A program made the translations under genes and the position numbers. Source: Eledone cirrhosa (taxonomy: Eukaryota). Taken from it: a stretch of DNA of 64,000 nt. A model generated the notes under the pieces. The model had not been told where the DNA came from. It searched no databases and saw nothing but the letters and a program-made list of their open reading frames with translations. Positions within the stretch are counted from its first letter, which is position 1, and each line of letters begins with the position of its first letter. Below, piece after piece: positions 13,290 through 26,599 of the stretch. Location of the stretch: contig OZ024765.1 of the NCBI GenBank assembly GCA_964016885.1, positions 23,312,001 through 23,376,000 of the forward strand. The letters are read 5' to 3'.

Positions 13290-13925
13290 GGGCCCTGATC
13301 CCCTCAGAAAAATGGCCTTGCTCAGTGTGCTAGAAAGGTGTAGGTAGAAATTCCATTCTCTCTCCAAAATACAAACAATGGGTACACAAGAGATGTAGTG
13401 GGATCTCAGGTAGGTTAGCTAAGAATATAGGTTTTACATGTGGCCATTGCACAGGAGCAGTAAGCAGCAAACATTCACAGGAAGCAACGATTGACTTTCG
13501 TCAAATTGGACCGGGGAAACAATGTTTCCATTGGTCTTTCCAATTGTTAATACTATGTTTCAGTCGCAACTCCAGGTAGAAGGAGCAATGTGAAATAAAA
13601 TGTCTTGCTCAAGGACATAACGCATCACCCAGTCGGTGAATCAAACTCACAATGTCACAATTGAGAATCCAATTCTCTAACCACTCAGCCACACGCCTTC
13701 ACAGGAAACAAGTTCTAACAAACTGTTGGAGGGTCACATAGAAGAGGTAGACAGCTTCTGTTACCTGGGTGATGATATCATCAGTGGAGAGGGGTGTTCT
13801 TAAAGTAGAGCAGCCTGAGTAAACATGGAATGGAAAAGGTTCAGGGTGCTACTACCATGGCAACTTACTAAAGGCTTTTTATTCAAAACAAAGGGCAGGT
13901 TGAATAATGTGTGTATACGAACAGT
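13290..13925 (+). mobile_element. RTEX fragment split by a SINE
   Basis: KWPCSV and WVHKRCSG coding remnants on either side of the insert. Confidence 0.75.
13488..13697 (-). mobile_element. tRNA-derived SINE with target-site duplication
   Basis: Minus strand has box A tggctgagtgg, a box B-like gagtttgattc and the central tgtccttgagcaagac segment. Flanked by ttcacaggaa(g/a)caa at 13474 and 13698. Its tail recurs at 9160-9265 (+). Confidence 0.75.
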
Positions 13926-13994
13926 TTAACACACACACATATATATATATATATATATTTATATAATTGTGTATATGTATATATATATACACAT

Positions 13995-15430
13995 TAAGAC
14001 AATGTCACTGGACCGAGATCTTTGGTGCTACTCAGTAATACAGAAGACCCGCCTTGCCTATGTACAAAGCGAAACCAACAGTCAGTAGGCACCTCTTAAC
14101 CAAATATACACCCCCATCCCACTATTCAACCCCCATCAACACCACCCTATCTCTGTAAAGTTATGTTGGTACCACAACATCCAGTCCTAAATAAATGAGG
14201 TCGTGTAGGTGTCACGACAAAAAAAACACAGTCCACACTGTAATGTGGCCATGTAGGTAACATGGTAAAAAACCTCCCAGTCCACACTGTAAACGTGGTT
14301 GGTGTTAGGAAGGATATCCAGCCATAGAAAACCTGCCATCTAGTCCTATACAAGTGAGACACGGTCACCCGACCAATCTTGCCTCAAGTGGGACAATTCC
14401 CGTCTACGTGGAAGGTAGACGTTAAACGATGATGATGATGGTGACAAGCAATATATATAATCTAAGTAGAATGGTATAATGAAAGCATATAATGTAGGTA
14501 CAGCAGTATTCTCTTAAATTGCTACAAAGGTAAAGGGGATGCTCTAGAGAGGAGCAATTATAGGGGCATAAAGCTGATGGATCAGGTTATGAAAGTGGCA
14601 GAGAGAATATTAGCGCAGCTGATTAGAGAAAGGGTCAATTTAGATGAGATGCAGTTTGGTTTTGTGCCTCGGAAAAGTACAACAGAAACTCACTTCTTAG
14701 TGAGGCAACTACAAGAGAGGTTCTTAGAGAAGAATAAGTCTCTATACTTAGCTTTTGTTAGGGTACCCCGATCTGTCAACTGATTGTCCCTAAGGAAACT
14801 AGGTGTAGAGGAATGGCTTGTGAGGACAGTGCAAGCTATGTACAGGGGTGCTGTCAGTAAAGTGAGGGTAGGAATGGAGTTTAGTGAGGAATTCCAGATA
14901 CAAGTAGGTGTACATCAAGGTTCGGTCCTCAGCCCACTCTTGTTCATTATAGGCCTCCAAGCTATAACAGAGGAGTTTAAGACTGGATGCCCATGGGAAC
15001 TTCTCTATGCTGATGAACTGGTTCTTATAGCAGAATCAGTAGAGGAGCTAGAGAATAAATTCTGGCTATGGAAACAGCAGTTGGAATCAAGAGGCCTCAG
15101 AGTCAACATAGCTTAAACAAAAGTATTGATGAGTAGAAAAGAGGACAAAACTGTGATTCCATCAGGGAAATGGCCATGTTCGATATATAGGAAAGAAACT
15201 GGCATAAATTCCATAAAATGTATGCAATGCAGATGTTGGGTACACAAGAGATGTAGTGGGACAGCAGGCAAACCAACAGGTAGGGATAACTATGTATGCA
15301 GTAGATGTATAGTGAAAGATGGCAGTAGTAATCACAGTGATAAACACACTTTTCAAATACAGGTGGGTTCTATAGATGTGGTTGATAGCTTCCGGGTACC
15401 TAGGTGATCACATTAGCATGGGAGGGTGGA
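13995..15430 (+). mobile_element. RTEX 3' end (13995-14440) and a separate decayed RT fragment (14500-15430)
   Basis: 3' UTR matches 8625-9090; ORFs 14577-15407 carry QGSVLSPLLF, LLYADE and WVHKRC. Confidence 0.85.
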
Positions 15431-15592
15431 TTATGATATATATACTAGTATTCAAGATAACATTGTTAGAACTCATTGCAGCCTTGAAGAGATGGTTTCA
15501 ACAAGGTTGGGTGATGAAAGTTATAGTTTTTGTAGTAGGATCTCATCACATTAGGTTCCTTCAAAGATTCTTCTAGAGTTACAGAGTCATTT

Positions 15593-15896
15593 ATATATAT
15601 GTGTGTGTTTTGAACAATGAAAGTAAAACTAGAGACAAAGATATGTTCTTGATTAGTTCATTGTTTTACGATCATTTCAGAGGTTTGATTGATCATGGTA
15701 GATTGATATATTGACAAACAGGTAGTTGTTATGTCACTAACTATTTCTAGTCTCAAAATCCCTGATCAATCACACCGTATCAATATATTGATTTACCATG
15801 ATCAATCAACACTCTGAAACGATCGTAAAACAATTAACCATATCTCAGACTTTTGTTTTATTTTCAATGTTCAATACCCACAAACACACATATATA
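15593..15896. repeat. Degenerate inverted repeat with a hammerhead 3' half in each arm
   Basis: Arms about 15593-15714 and 15780-15896; GAAA cgatcg TA at 15816-15827 and its imperfect reverse complement near 15668-15680. Confidence 0.65.
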
Positions 15897-15899
15897 ATT

Positions 15900-17490
15900 G
15901 ACAATTTCTTTGGAATAATTGATAAGACTTGTGGCTGGAACAAAGTACCAGCCAGACAGAGGGTGACCTAGTGGTGAAACAGCACAGTAGATAGAGCTAT
16001 TAACCCTGTAGCATTTACATTACTCTATATTTACTATTATATTTTCATGGTAAAGTCTTTATCTCACATAATATTGAATCTATGAGACTTTGATATTACT
16101 TATTTTGAGGACAATACATTAACATCAATATGAGCAGCGAGTTACAGCCGGTTTGAACAGAAAGAGGTGAGAGAATTCTGGCTGGATATGGCCAGTTTAA
16201 ATGCAAAAGGGTTAAAGACAAGTGACAGGCATGGAAAGACTGGAAAAATAGGGGCGTCAGACCAGGACCAGGTAGCTAAAAGAGAAGCGAGAAGACAGGT
16301 ATACATAACACAGAGAGAGGCTGAAAAAAGATAGTTTGCCAACGTCTTGAGACATGAGAATGAGAGGTGTGAAGTGTTCCACATTGCAAGACAGGGAAAG
16401 GTGTTTTAGAAATGACATTGGTACACTTAGCACCACTGATGCTCAAAAGAAAGAGGCCTGGAAATGTTACTATGAGAGATTGATGAATGTAGAGAATAAA
16501 TTAAAAAGCAATCTTAGACTTTTGTTTTATGTTCATTGTTCAACACACATGCAAGTGACATTCTCTTTGGAATTACTGATGAAACTTGTTAGTGACACAA
16601 CTACAAGAGAAGATCCTAGATCTAGAAAAGGGCCTTACTCTATTATCTGGTGGTCCTTCAGAAAATTAGGTGGAGAATGGCTTGTGAGAGCAGTGCAAGC
16701 CATGTACAGAGGAGCTGTGAGTAAAGTGAGAGTAGGAAGGGAGTTTAGTGAAGAATTCAATGTACAGGTAGGTGTTCATCATGGTCAGTTCACAACCCAC
16801 TGCTGTTCATCATAGTTCTCCAGGCCATAACCAATGGGTTTAAGACTGGCTGTTCACGGGAAACAGTCTATGTGAATGATCTGGTCCTTATAGCCGAATC
16901 CATAAAAGAACTAGAGAATAAGTGACTCTACTGCGCATGTAGGAAAGAAGTAGGCATAAACTGTACACAATGATAGCTTCCGCTATCTAGGTAACCTAAT
17001 TAGCAGCGGAGGAGGGTGCTTCGTAAGAGAGGATAGGATTGAAGTTTAGAGAGCTACTTACACTGTTGGCAAATACAGGTTTCTCCCTACATACAAAGAT
17101 GTTGGCTGTACAATGCCTGTGTGTATGTAAAGTGCAATACTGCATGTAAGTGAAACATGGGCAGTAACTGCAGAAGACATGCATAAGCTGGAGAGAAATG
17201 GAGCAACCATGCTTCGTTGGGTGTGCAACGTAAATGTGAGGGGAAGGCAGAGCTTGGATAAAATGAGGAAGAAATTGGTAATCACTGGTTAAAGAAGTGC
17301 CACGGAAAACCAGAGAAGGGAAGCCATACTAGAGGGAGACCAGGGTAGATGTGGTGAGAGCTGATCTTAAATTGCTGAGACCCACAGATGACGAAGGAAC
17401 AAGCAAGTGGGGAGATGTTGTGCTTAAAATGACCCACCAACCCATGCCAGGATTGAAAAACTGACGTAAAACTATGATGATGTAGATGAA
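15900..17490 (+). mobile_element. Heavily deleted RTEX relic
   Basis: Patches of TCGW, AWKCYYERL, WLVRAVQAMY and the 3' end. Confidence 0.75.
16004..16211. mobile_element. piggyBac-like MITE
   Basis: TTAA|CCCTGTAGCATTTA ... TAAATGCAAAAGGG|TTAA. Removing it restores the RTEX codons gct att aaa gac aag (AIKDK). Confidence 0.85.
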
Positions 17491-17543
17491 GTAAATTAAA
17501 TCAAGATAGATTTAGACTAAAACGAACAAAACTTCCCTGAAAC

Positions 17544-17957
17544 AACAAGGTACAGCTAAATATAAAATATATTTTATAATGTAACCACATAATTAAATAG
17601 ACGGAGGTAATTTAAATAATAAAGATATCTTTAATTTACTTAAAGCAATAACAAGGTACAGCTAAATATAAAATATATTTTATAATGTAAGGTAGTGAAC
17701 AAGATAATTAAATAGACGGAGGTAATTTAGATAATAAAGATATCTTTAACTTACTTAAAGCAATAACAAGGTACAGTTAAATATAAACTATATTTTATAA
17801 TGTAAGGTAGTGAACCTATAATTAAATAGACGGAGGTAATTTAAATAATAAAGATATCTTTAACTTACTTAAAGCAATAACAAGGTACAGTTAAATATAA
17901 ACTATATTTTATAATATAAGGTAGTGAACCACATAATTAAATAGACGGAGGTAATAA
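17544..17957. repeat. About 115-bp tandem repeat, about 3.6 copies
   Basis: aacaaggtacag recurs at 17544, 17650, 17765 and 17879. Confidence 0.9.
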
Positions 17958-18095
17958 AGACAGTCATGTTAACAATATATTTTATATCACATGTAACAGT
18001 AGAATCTGGTTAATTACTGGATCGTTGTAGGGTTCACATAATTATATTATTTACACACATTAATATAGACATTAAGTAAATGTTTGTCAACTTAC

Positions 18096-18297
18096 CTCCT
18101 TCACATATAATCAATGTATTGTGTTGTTAGTTGTTACTAAACAACCAAAGAAATAATCTCTTTGTTATCAAATTAGATGTTTCAAAGATGTTATCAGCTT
18201 TATTTCACGACATTAACGTTGGTGTATCTTCTTCATCTTTAGTCATAAATTGATATCTTGTCAGAATGAAGTAGTGAGGCTGACTTTACGTCTTTAG
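18096..18297 (-). other. Probable 5' non-coding exon of ZNF gene A
   Basis: Acceptor ctgtag and donor GAG|GTAAGT, both conserved in the duplicate at 31472-31670. Confidence 0.6.
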
Positions 18298-18934
18298 CTA
18301 CAGATTTGATAGGAAATATATATATATTAGGTTGATATGTGGTCTAAAATATATATATTGTCTATAAATGGCTGATAGCAGATGTTCTGGTGAAATAGTA
18401 GTTTTACTACTACAGATTGTAATGGAACTCTTAGTAGACACAATTGTAAAGTAAGAATAGATATGACAGTGTAAGACTGATGTCGGTGAATTAAAATTGT
18501 GTATATATATATAATTGTTACACAAGATATAATTAGATTAATTAAAGTTATAATGAAGACAGCAGGTACGCGGTGTCGTTAAGAATGTTAAACTATCTTA
18601 ACGGTGTCATTAGTTAAAAGTCCCTGGTATAATTTAATACCTTCAGACACAGTTCCAATCGTATTTAATTGGTGGTAAATCAGAAAGTATCACTCATTAA
18701 AATATCAATTATATATCAATAAGAAAACCTCTACGTAGTCTCTCTAACTGCTAGAAATAGCAGTGATATTATCCATTAGAACTTAGTTTTTTGTTTAAAA
18801 TCTCCAGAGTTTAGTTATACAATCAACAGCAAATCTTTTGTACAGACTTCGGAATAAAGTGGGAGACCGTCAGAATATCATTCTCCTTCTCTCTGTATAT
18901 ATATATAATATATATATGTATGTATTTTCAATAT

Positions 18935-19406
18935 CCACCGTTTTACATCCATTCTTCCACGCTAGCATGGGTTAGACGGGCTGTCCTGTTGTGGGCAATG
19001 CCAGGTCAGGTGATCTTGCCTTGCTCATACAGGAACTTATCTTGGCTGATTTCTACAGCTGGAAGCCCTTCCTGACACCAACCCCATTTACAGTGAGTGC
19101 TGTGTGATTCTTTACCGTGGCACCTACATGACCACTTTACAGTGTGGGCTGGATGTTTTTTATTGTCACACCTCCACGACCAGTTTCCAGTAGGAGTGAA
19201 TGGGGGCATATTGTCTATATGTTTCAGCTTTGGCTTGTTCACGTGGGAATTCAGGTCGTCTGTATTACTGGTGACCCCAGAGGTCACGGTCCTGTATAAT
19301 CACCTTTGAGAGGTTCAATTGGGCAAGGTTGACTTTTATCACCTCATCCCATGTCTTCTTCGTTCTCCCCAGCTTCCGTCAACTTTTAGTGCTCTGCACC
19401 TTTTTA

Positions 19407-19442
<36 letters not shown>

Positions 19443-20790
19443 ATATATACGTGTATATTCATATATTATACATCAATACGGTTTAACTTCCATTTTACAT
19501 ACGAGCATGGGTCAGAGGAGTTGTCCTGTTGTGTGAAAACTTAGATCAAATAACCGTGTCTTACTCATGCAAGAACCATTTCCAGTTGGTTTCTACGGCT
19601 GGATGCCCTTCCTAACTCCAACCATATTTACAGAGTGGACTTGGCATTTATTGTTGTGTTGCTAACATGTCCAACCTACAGGGTGGACTGGGTGCTTATT
19701 GTTGTGTCACCATCATGACAACCACCAGCTAACAGAGCAAACTTAGTGCTCTTTGTCATGTCACCAATTTGACTACTTTGAAGGGTGGTTCGAGTGCCTT
19801 CAGTCTTGCCACTAGCATGACCACTTTACTGAGTGGGCTAGAGGCCTCCTGTCATGTCTACATCACAGGGTGGACTGGGTTTAGCCATTTCAGCAGCATT
19901 GGAGTAGAGCATGTTAAGCTTTCCTTACTTGTATACATGGGTTGGTCAAGAGAGGTTTATCAGATGTGAAAGTGGGTGTGGGGCTGTGTGTATGTAGGGT
20001 GGGGATTGGAGAGGTAGGTCAGGGTGGTGTACTTAGCTGGTAAGGGGGTGGAGTGTTAAGATGCGGAGAGGAGGAAAACTGGAGCATACTTCAAACCACT
20101 AAATGTTGTGTCAACCTGTGGACATGGGAATGCAGGTCTCCTGCAGTACTGTATAACGCCAGAGATTTCAATCCTGTTTCATCACCTTTGAGAGGTACAA
20201 TGGTGTCAGCTCAGTTTTTAACACCTCATCCCAAGCTTTCCTAGGTCTTCCTCTTCCATCAATTTCAAGCAGTCAACCTTTTATATAGCATCTCTACCTT
20301 CATACACATCCCATGTCCATACCACAGCAATCTCCTCTCATGCCCGAGTTCTCTCAGATTATTTACACTTTCCTCTTCATGTATATTAATATTACACATC
20401 TTGTGGAGAATTCAAGCTTCATTTCTATCCAATCTTCGGAGGTCCTCTGCACACACTGCCCAGATCTCACTGCAATGGAGCATTGCTGTTCATATGCAGA
20501 CATTAATTTGATGAAACAACTTTTTGTAGCTAGCAGCAGTAGTAGCACCTAAACCTTTGCCATCTTGTTCTTACTGTAGTTACTGTACTTTCAGAACACC
20601 TACCTCCACTGCTAATTTGGTCACCCTGGTAACAGAAACTGTCAACTACTTCTATGGAACCCATTAAATGTTTGATAGAACTTGTCTCCTAAAAGCAATT
20701 GCTGCTTACTGCTCCAGTGCAATGACCCCATGTAAAACCTACTTTCTTAGCTAACTCACCTTGTATCCCACTAAATCTCTTGTGTACCCA
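18935..20790 (-). mobile_element. Decayed RTEX 3' fragments
   Basis: Reverse complements of the RTEX 3' UTR (ggaagggcatccagc) and of RT C-terminal remnants. Confidence 0.65.
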
Positions 20791-22004
20791 TAGTCTATTT
20801 AGAATAAATAATGTTTCATACACATAACATATATGTGTGACCATTGGTTGTCAAGTCCACTTATGGCCACCACTGTATATTAGGGGAGGCACTTCCAAAC
20901 AGACCCTTCATTAGGTATGCTGACAAATATATTAAAAGGAAGTCCTTTCCTCCAACAATTTTCACTTGAAACAGAGGAGAGTTTCATATTGTCAAAAAGG
21001 GAGGTAAATCCTTAGTGGTGGAATTGTCAGGCTTAATTATATATGTAATTAGACATACATAGAAGTGGTTGATAGCTTTTGCAATGTAGGTGACTTAATT
21101 AGAAGTGGAGGGGGCTGCTCTGAAAGATGAATAGCTAGAATAAGGATAGGATGGAAAAAGTTTAGAGAGCTACTGCAACAGTTGACCACAAAAGGTTTCT
21201 CTCTCTGTACAAAAGGACAACTGTATGACACATGTGGGCGATGTGCAATGATGCATGGTAACGAAACAAGGGCTGTGACTGCAGAGGATATGTAGACTGG
21301 AGAGAAATGAAACAACCATGTTTTGTAGGATATGTTGTGTAAGTGTGAGAGAAAGACAGAGCTTGGACAAGTTCAAGAAGAAGCTGGGTTTAAGAGTGAT
21401 CTGAAGTGGTGTGTAAGAGAGAAGATTGTGTTTGTACAGTTATGTGATGCCCATGGATAATGACTGCTGGGTGATGAAGTGCCAGGAAATCCCAGTAGAA
21501 GCCATAGTAGAGGCAGACCAAGAAAGACCCGGACAGAGGCTTTGTCAGCTGACTTCAAATAACTGACTCTCACAGAGGACATGACAAAGGAACATGACAA
21601 GTGGAAAGGTGCCATGTTGAGAAGGACCTGTCCAACCCAAGGAAGCATGGAAAAACTGATATAAAAACAGTTATGGGGTTGATGAAGATGACATACATAT
21701 ACACACATAGATACTAAATAAATCAAATCCTTATATGCAAACATAGATACAAACATATACATGGACACAAATTTCTACACACATACATTCACATATATAT
21801 AACGTATGTAAATTCTGAACACTAGTTTTGTCAGCAAAACTCTTGGTTACAACTTCTACAAATAAAATAAAGAAGAAGAATTTCTTAGTAAAACAGTTTT
21901 ATTCAAAATATTAACAACATTGGTGGCACTATTTTGGGTGAGTGACATGGGTTTTATCTTGTCTCATTGTGTTTGTGTTGAATCAAGTAACCCTTACAAG
22001 AGAA

Positions 22005-22490
22005 TTATTTATCACAGACAATAATATGGTTCCTCTCCTGTATATGTTACTGTGTAGTGAAACCACAACATTTAGAGAAGCATTTACCACAGTGATATGG
22101 TTCCTCTCCTGTATATGTTAGTGTGTAGTGAAGTCACAACATTTAGACAATGATTTACCACAGACATCACAGTGATACAGTTCCTCTCCTGTATATGTTA
22201 GTGTCTAGTGAAGCCACAATATTTAGACAATGATTTACCACAGACATCACAGTGATATGGTTCCTCTCCTGTATATGTTAGTGTCTAGTGAAGCCACAAC
22301 ATTTAGTCAATAATTTACCAGACATCACAATGATATAGTTCCTCTCCTGTAGATGTTAGTGTGTAGTGAAGCCACAACATTTAGAGAATGATTTACCACA
22401 GACATGACAGTGAAATGGTTCCTCTCCTGTATATGTTAGTGTGTAGTGAAGCCACAACATTTAGAGAATGATTTACCAAATATATCAAAG
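22005..22490 (-). repeat. 80-bp dead-finger minisatellite (6 copies)
   Basis: ttcctctcctg at 22029, 22101, 22181, 22261, 22339 and 22419. Confidence 0.85.
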
Positions 22491-22641
22491 TGATATGGCT
22501 TCCCAGCTGTATGTATATTTTGTGTGTAGTTAATGTAACATTCAAAGAGAATGATTTCCCTCACATGTCACAATGATATGTATTTGTATTCTAATTAATT
22601 TAAAAAATTTGAGGGAAGGATTTATCACTGATGTCAATGCG

Positions 22642-23832
22642 TTATGATTTCTCTTCTGTATGTATAAGTTTGTGAGTAGTTAGGCTACTTTTCCCAGAGT
22701 ATGATATACCACAGATATCACAGTGATATGGCATGTCTCCTGTATGTATACGTTTGTGTCTAGTTAAGCTACTACTTCCAGAGAATGATTTACCACAGAT
22801 ATCACAATGATATGATTTCTCTCCTGTATGGGTACGTTTGTGTCTAGTTAAGTTGGTACTATCAGAGAATGATTTACCACAGATGTCACAGTGGTATGGT
22901 TTGTCTCCTGTATGGATACGTTTGTGGCCAGTTAAGGTAGTACTAACAGAGAATGATTTACCACAGATATCACAGTGATATGGCTTGTCACCTGCATGTA
23001 TACGTTTGTGTCTAGTTAAGGTACTACTTTGAGAGAATGATTTACTACAGATATCACAGTGGTATGGCTTGTCTCCTGTATGTATACGTTTGTGATCAGT
23101 TAAGTAACTACTTACAGAGAATGATATACCACAGATATCACAGCGATATGGCTTGTCTCCTGTATGTATACGTTTGTGTCTAGTTAAGGGACTACTATCG
23201 GAGAATGATATACCACAGATATCACAGTGGTATGGCTTGTCTCCTGTATGTATACGTTTGTGTCTAGTTAAGTCACTACTTTGAGAGAATGATTTACCAC
23301 AGATATCACAGTGATATTGCTTTTCTTCAGTATGTATATGTTTGTGAGCAGTCAAATTACTACTTCGAGAGAATGATTTACCACAGATTTCACAATGATA
23401 TGGCTTATCTCCTGTATGTATAGGCTTGTGGCTACTTAAGCTGCTACTTACAGAGAATGATATACCACAGATATCACAGCGATATGGCTTGTCACCTGTA
23501 TGTATACGTTTGTGTCTAGTTAAGGTACTACTATCGGAGAATGATATACCACAGATATCACAGTGGCATGGCTTCTCTCCCGTATGTATACGTTTGTGAG
23601 TAGTTAAGGTACCACTTTGAGAAAATGATTTACCACAGATATCACAGTCATATGGCTTGTCTCCTGTATGGGTACGTATGTGCTTAATTAAGGTACTACT
23701 TAAAGAGAATGATTTGCCACAGATATCACAGTGATATGGCTTCTCTTCTCTAGCCTTTGTCACCTCACCAGTAATACTAAACATTTTCGATTGTGTTTCA
23801 CATTTAATCTTTTCACTCAATTTATTTTCCAT
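22642..23832 (-). CDS. C2H2 zinc-finger protein B, 396 aa, 13 tandem fingers
   Basis: Open ORF; the N-terminus [19 protein letters not shown] is shared with gene A. Candidate acceptors at 24165 and 23938. Confidence 0.93.
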   Translation of the reverse strand: MENKLSEKIKCETQSKMFSITGEVTKAREEKPYHCDICGKSFSLSSTLIKHIRTHTGDKPYDCDICGKSFSQSGTLTTHKRIHTGEKPCHCDICGISFSDSSTLTRHKRIHTGDKPYRCDICGISFSVSSSLSSHKPIHTGDKPYHCEICGKSFSRSSNLTAHKHIHTEEKQYHCDICGKSFSQSSDLTRHKRIHTGDKPYHCDICGISFSDSSPLTRHKRIHTGDKPYRCDICGISFSVSSYLTDHKRIHTGDKPYHCDICSKSFSQSSTLTRHKRIHAGDKPYHCDICGKSFSVSTTLTGHKRIHTGDKPYHCDICGKSFSDSTNLTRHKRTHTGEKSYHCDICGKSFSGSSSLTRHKRIHTGDMPYHCDICGISYSGKSSLTTHKLIHTEEKS

Positions 23833-25116
23833 AATGATTTCTTCTTCAACAAATGTTTTACTTGTAATATTTTTTATATTATATTCCTAAAAAATATATC
23901 TTCTATATTTCCCTCAACTGTAATTTCAGTTAATATCTGAAGATAATACAAAGTTAGGTTTCATCTAAGTTTAGTTAAAATACAAAACCATCTCATAGTG
24001 AAGAAATAAACTCAGTTTTGAGGAAATATTTCACAGTAATACGATGAGAGATTTATATAAACAATGTTATATAATTTCTGCTTAGAATGTTTTAAAATGA
24101 TGATAAATAGAGGTGATGTATCCAAGATTGAAAATATTAATTTATCCCAATGTCATCTGATATTCTGAAATAAGAAAGAAACAGTATGAGATAATACAGA
24201 ATACTTTAGAAGCAGAGATAGATTTAACAGTGGAAATCTTATATTTCTATATTGGTAAACTGTAGATATCAACATTCTGTCCAGAGAAATTCTCTCCAAT
24301 GTAAGCAGTGGTATTCCAGCATGCTCTATAAATCATATCCTTCTATCACTTCAGAGGTCTGCTCTATGGCAGTTTAGCAAAAAATTCATTCTTATAGGAC
24401 TTATAAGAGAGAAACAGTATGAGATAATAAACCAGTCCAACACTGTAAACATGGTTCATGTCAGGAAGGGAATCCAGCTGCAAAATACTCGACCAAATTT
24501 ACAGACCTCACCTGAGCAAGGTGTGACACATGACCAACCCTGGCCAGACTTGCCTCCTGGCGTGGATGACCCATCTAACCCATGCAAGAATGGAAAAATG
24601 GACATTAAATAGTGATGACACAGACATATATATATATATATATATATATCCCACCCACACTGGTCATGTAAAAGACACAGCAAAAAGCACCCAGCCCACA
24701 CTGTAAAGTGGACATGTAGGTGTCTTGGGAAATGCACCCAGTCCACACTGTCAATGGGGTTGGGGTTAGGAAGGGCATCCTGCTATAGAGAGCTAGCCAG
24801 AAACACCCCCATATGATTGAGACACGGTCACCTGACACAACTTGCCTCTAAATGGGACCTGTTTAACCCATGCTAGCGTGAAATATGGACATTAATTGAT
24901 GATGATATATAATAAAATGTTGCAGTTTGCTTGAAGCATTCTATATAAAATATAATGTTGAAAGAGATAGAAGGCTAAACAATGCAAAATGGACTGTAAA
25001 ATGAGGTAAGGATTAGTAAAAGTTACCTGGTAATCTTTGTTTTTTTTATTTTTTTATTGCTGTTCTTTTATTTGTACAATATTGTTTGACCTAAAAGTCC
25101 CTTCTTCAGGGTTTAA

Positions 25117-25333
25117 CCCTTTAGCATTTACATTACTACATATATACTATTATATTTCCATGGTAAAGGCTTTACATCACATATGTCACATAATATTGAA
25201 TCTATGAGATTTTGATATTATTTATATTGAAAACAATACCTTAACATCAGTATGAGTGGCCAATTACGGCTGGTTTAAAACGAAAAAGGGGACAAAATTC
25301 TGGCCAGTTATGGCCAGTTTAAATGTTAAAGAG
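25117..25333. mobile_element. piggyBac-like MITE, second copy
   Basis: TTAA|CCCTTTAGCATTTA ... TAAATGTTAAAGAG|TTAA; the interior is homologous to 16004-16211. Confidence 0.85.
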
Positions 25334-25432
25334 TTAAGCAACTTTCAGTGGATAATGTTCCAATTTTCTCTTTTGGGATTACATTTTGACTTTGATTAAA
25401 AAATTTTCTAAGTCATTTTCAAGCATTTTATA

Positions 25433-26070
25433 AAATTGATGGAAGCTGTGAAGGAGGAAGACATAGTTTGAGGTGATAAAAGCTGACCTCACACAATTGA
25501 TAGACGCTATGGAGTAGGAAGACCTAGTTTGAGGTGATAAAAGCTGACCTCACACAATTGATAGACGCTATGGAGTAGGAAGACCTTGTTTGAGGTGATA
25601 AAAGCTGACCTCACACAATTGATAGACGCTATGGAGTAGGAAGACCTTGTTTCAGGTGATAAAAGCTGACCTCACACAATTGATGGAAGCTATGGAGTAG
25701 GAAGACCTTGTTTGAGGTGATAAAAGCTGACCTCACACAATTGATAGACGCTATGGAGTAGGAACACCTTGTTTGAGGTGATAAAAGCTGACCTCACACA
25801 ATTGATAGACGCTATGGAGTAGGAACACCTGGGATGAGGTGATAAAAGCTGACCTCACACAATTGATAGACGCTATGGAGTAGGAACACCTTGTTTGAGG
25901 TGATAAAAGCTGACCTCACACAATTGATAGACGCTATGGAGTAGGAACACCTTGTTTCAGGTGATAAAAGCTGACCTCACACAATTGAAGGAAGCTATGG
26001 AGTAGGAAGACCTGGGATGAAGTGAGAAAAGCTGACCTCACACAATTGAAGGAAGCTATGGAATAGGAAG
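25433..26070 (+). repeat. 61-bp minisatellite, about 10 copies, derived from the RTEX ORF end
   Basis: aggtgataaaagctgacctcacacaattga recurs every 61 bp; homologous to 29686-29760. Confidence 0.92.
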
Positions 26071-26599
26071 ATAAGTACAGTTGTTTGAGGAAGACCAACA
26101 GTCACCCATGTATACCAGTCTCTCACTCCACACCACCGATGTTGTCCAAAGGAAAGGTAATGACTGATACAGCTTGGTACTAGTGATATCACAACATATA
26201 TATACACTATATATTATATATACACTGTGTACACTATATATTATACACTATATATGATGTTGTCCAAGGGAAAGGTAATGACTGATACAGCTTGGCACCA
26301 GTGATTTCACAACATATATACTATATATATATACACTATGTATAATATATATATTATACATACACTATGTACAGTATATATAGAATTCAAATTCTCCGTT
26401 TTTCTCTTGGATTTTCAATTAATATCTTACATGTTTTTAATAATATATCTCATTCTGTTGGACCCTTCCTAAAAACTAACCTTCTGCTAAAGTTACCCAT
26501 TTCCCACCCCTCAGACACCACCATTTATATATGGTTCAATCATAACTGAGAGGCTTATAGTAAGTTCTCAGTAACAAATCAGTAGAGCAAAGCTACCAC

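Noticed and set aside
25070-25112. Hammerhead-like motif on the minus strand (CTGAAGA...gtc AAA caatattg TA)
   Set aside because: The G of GAAA is missing and stem I does not pair, even after removing the adjacent MITE; at most a relic.
25433-26070. CRISPR-like regular array
   Set aside because: No unique spacers, no cas genes, eukaryotic context; the unit derives from a LINE.
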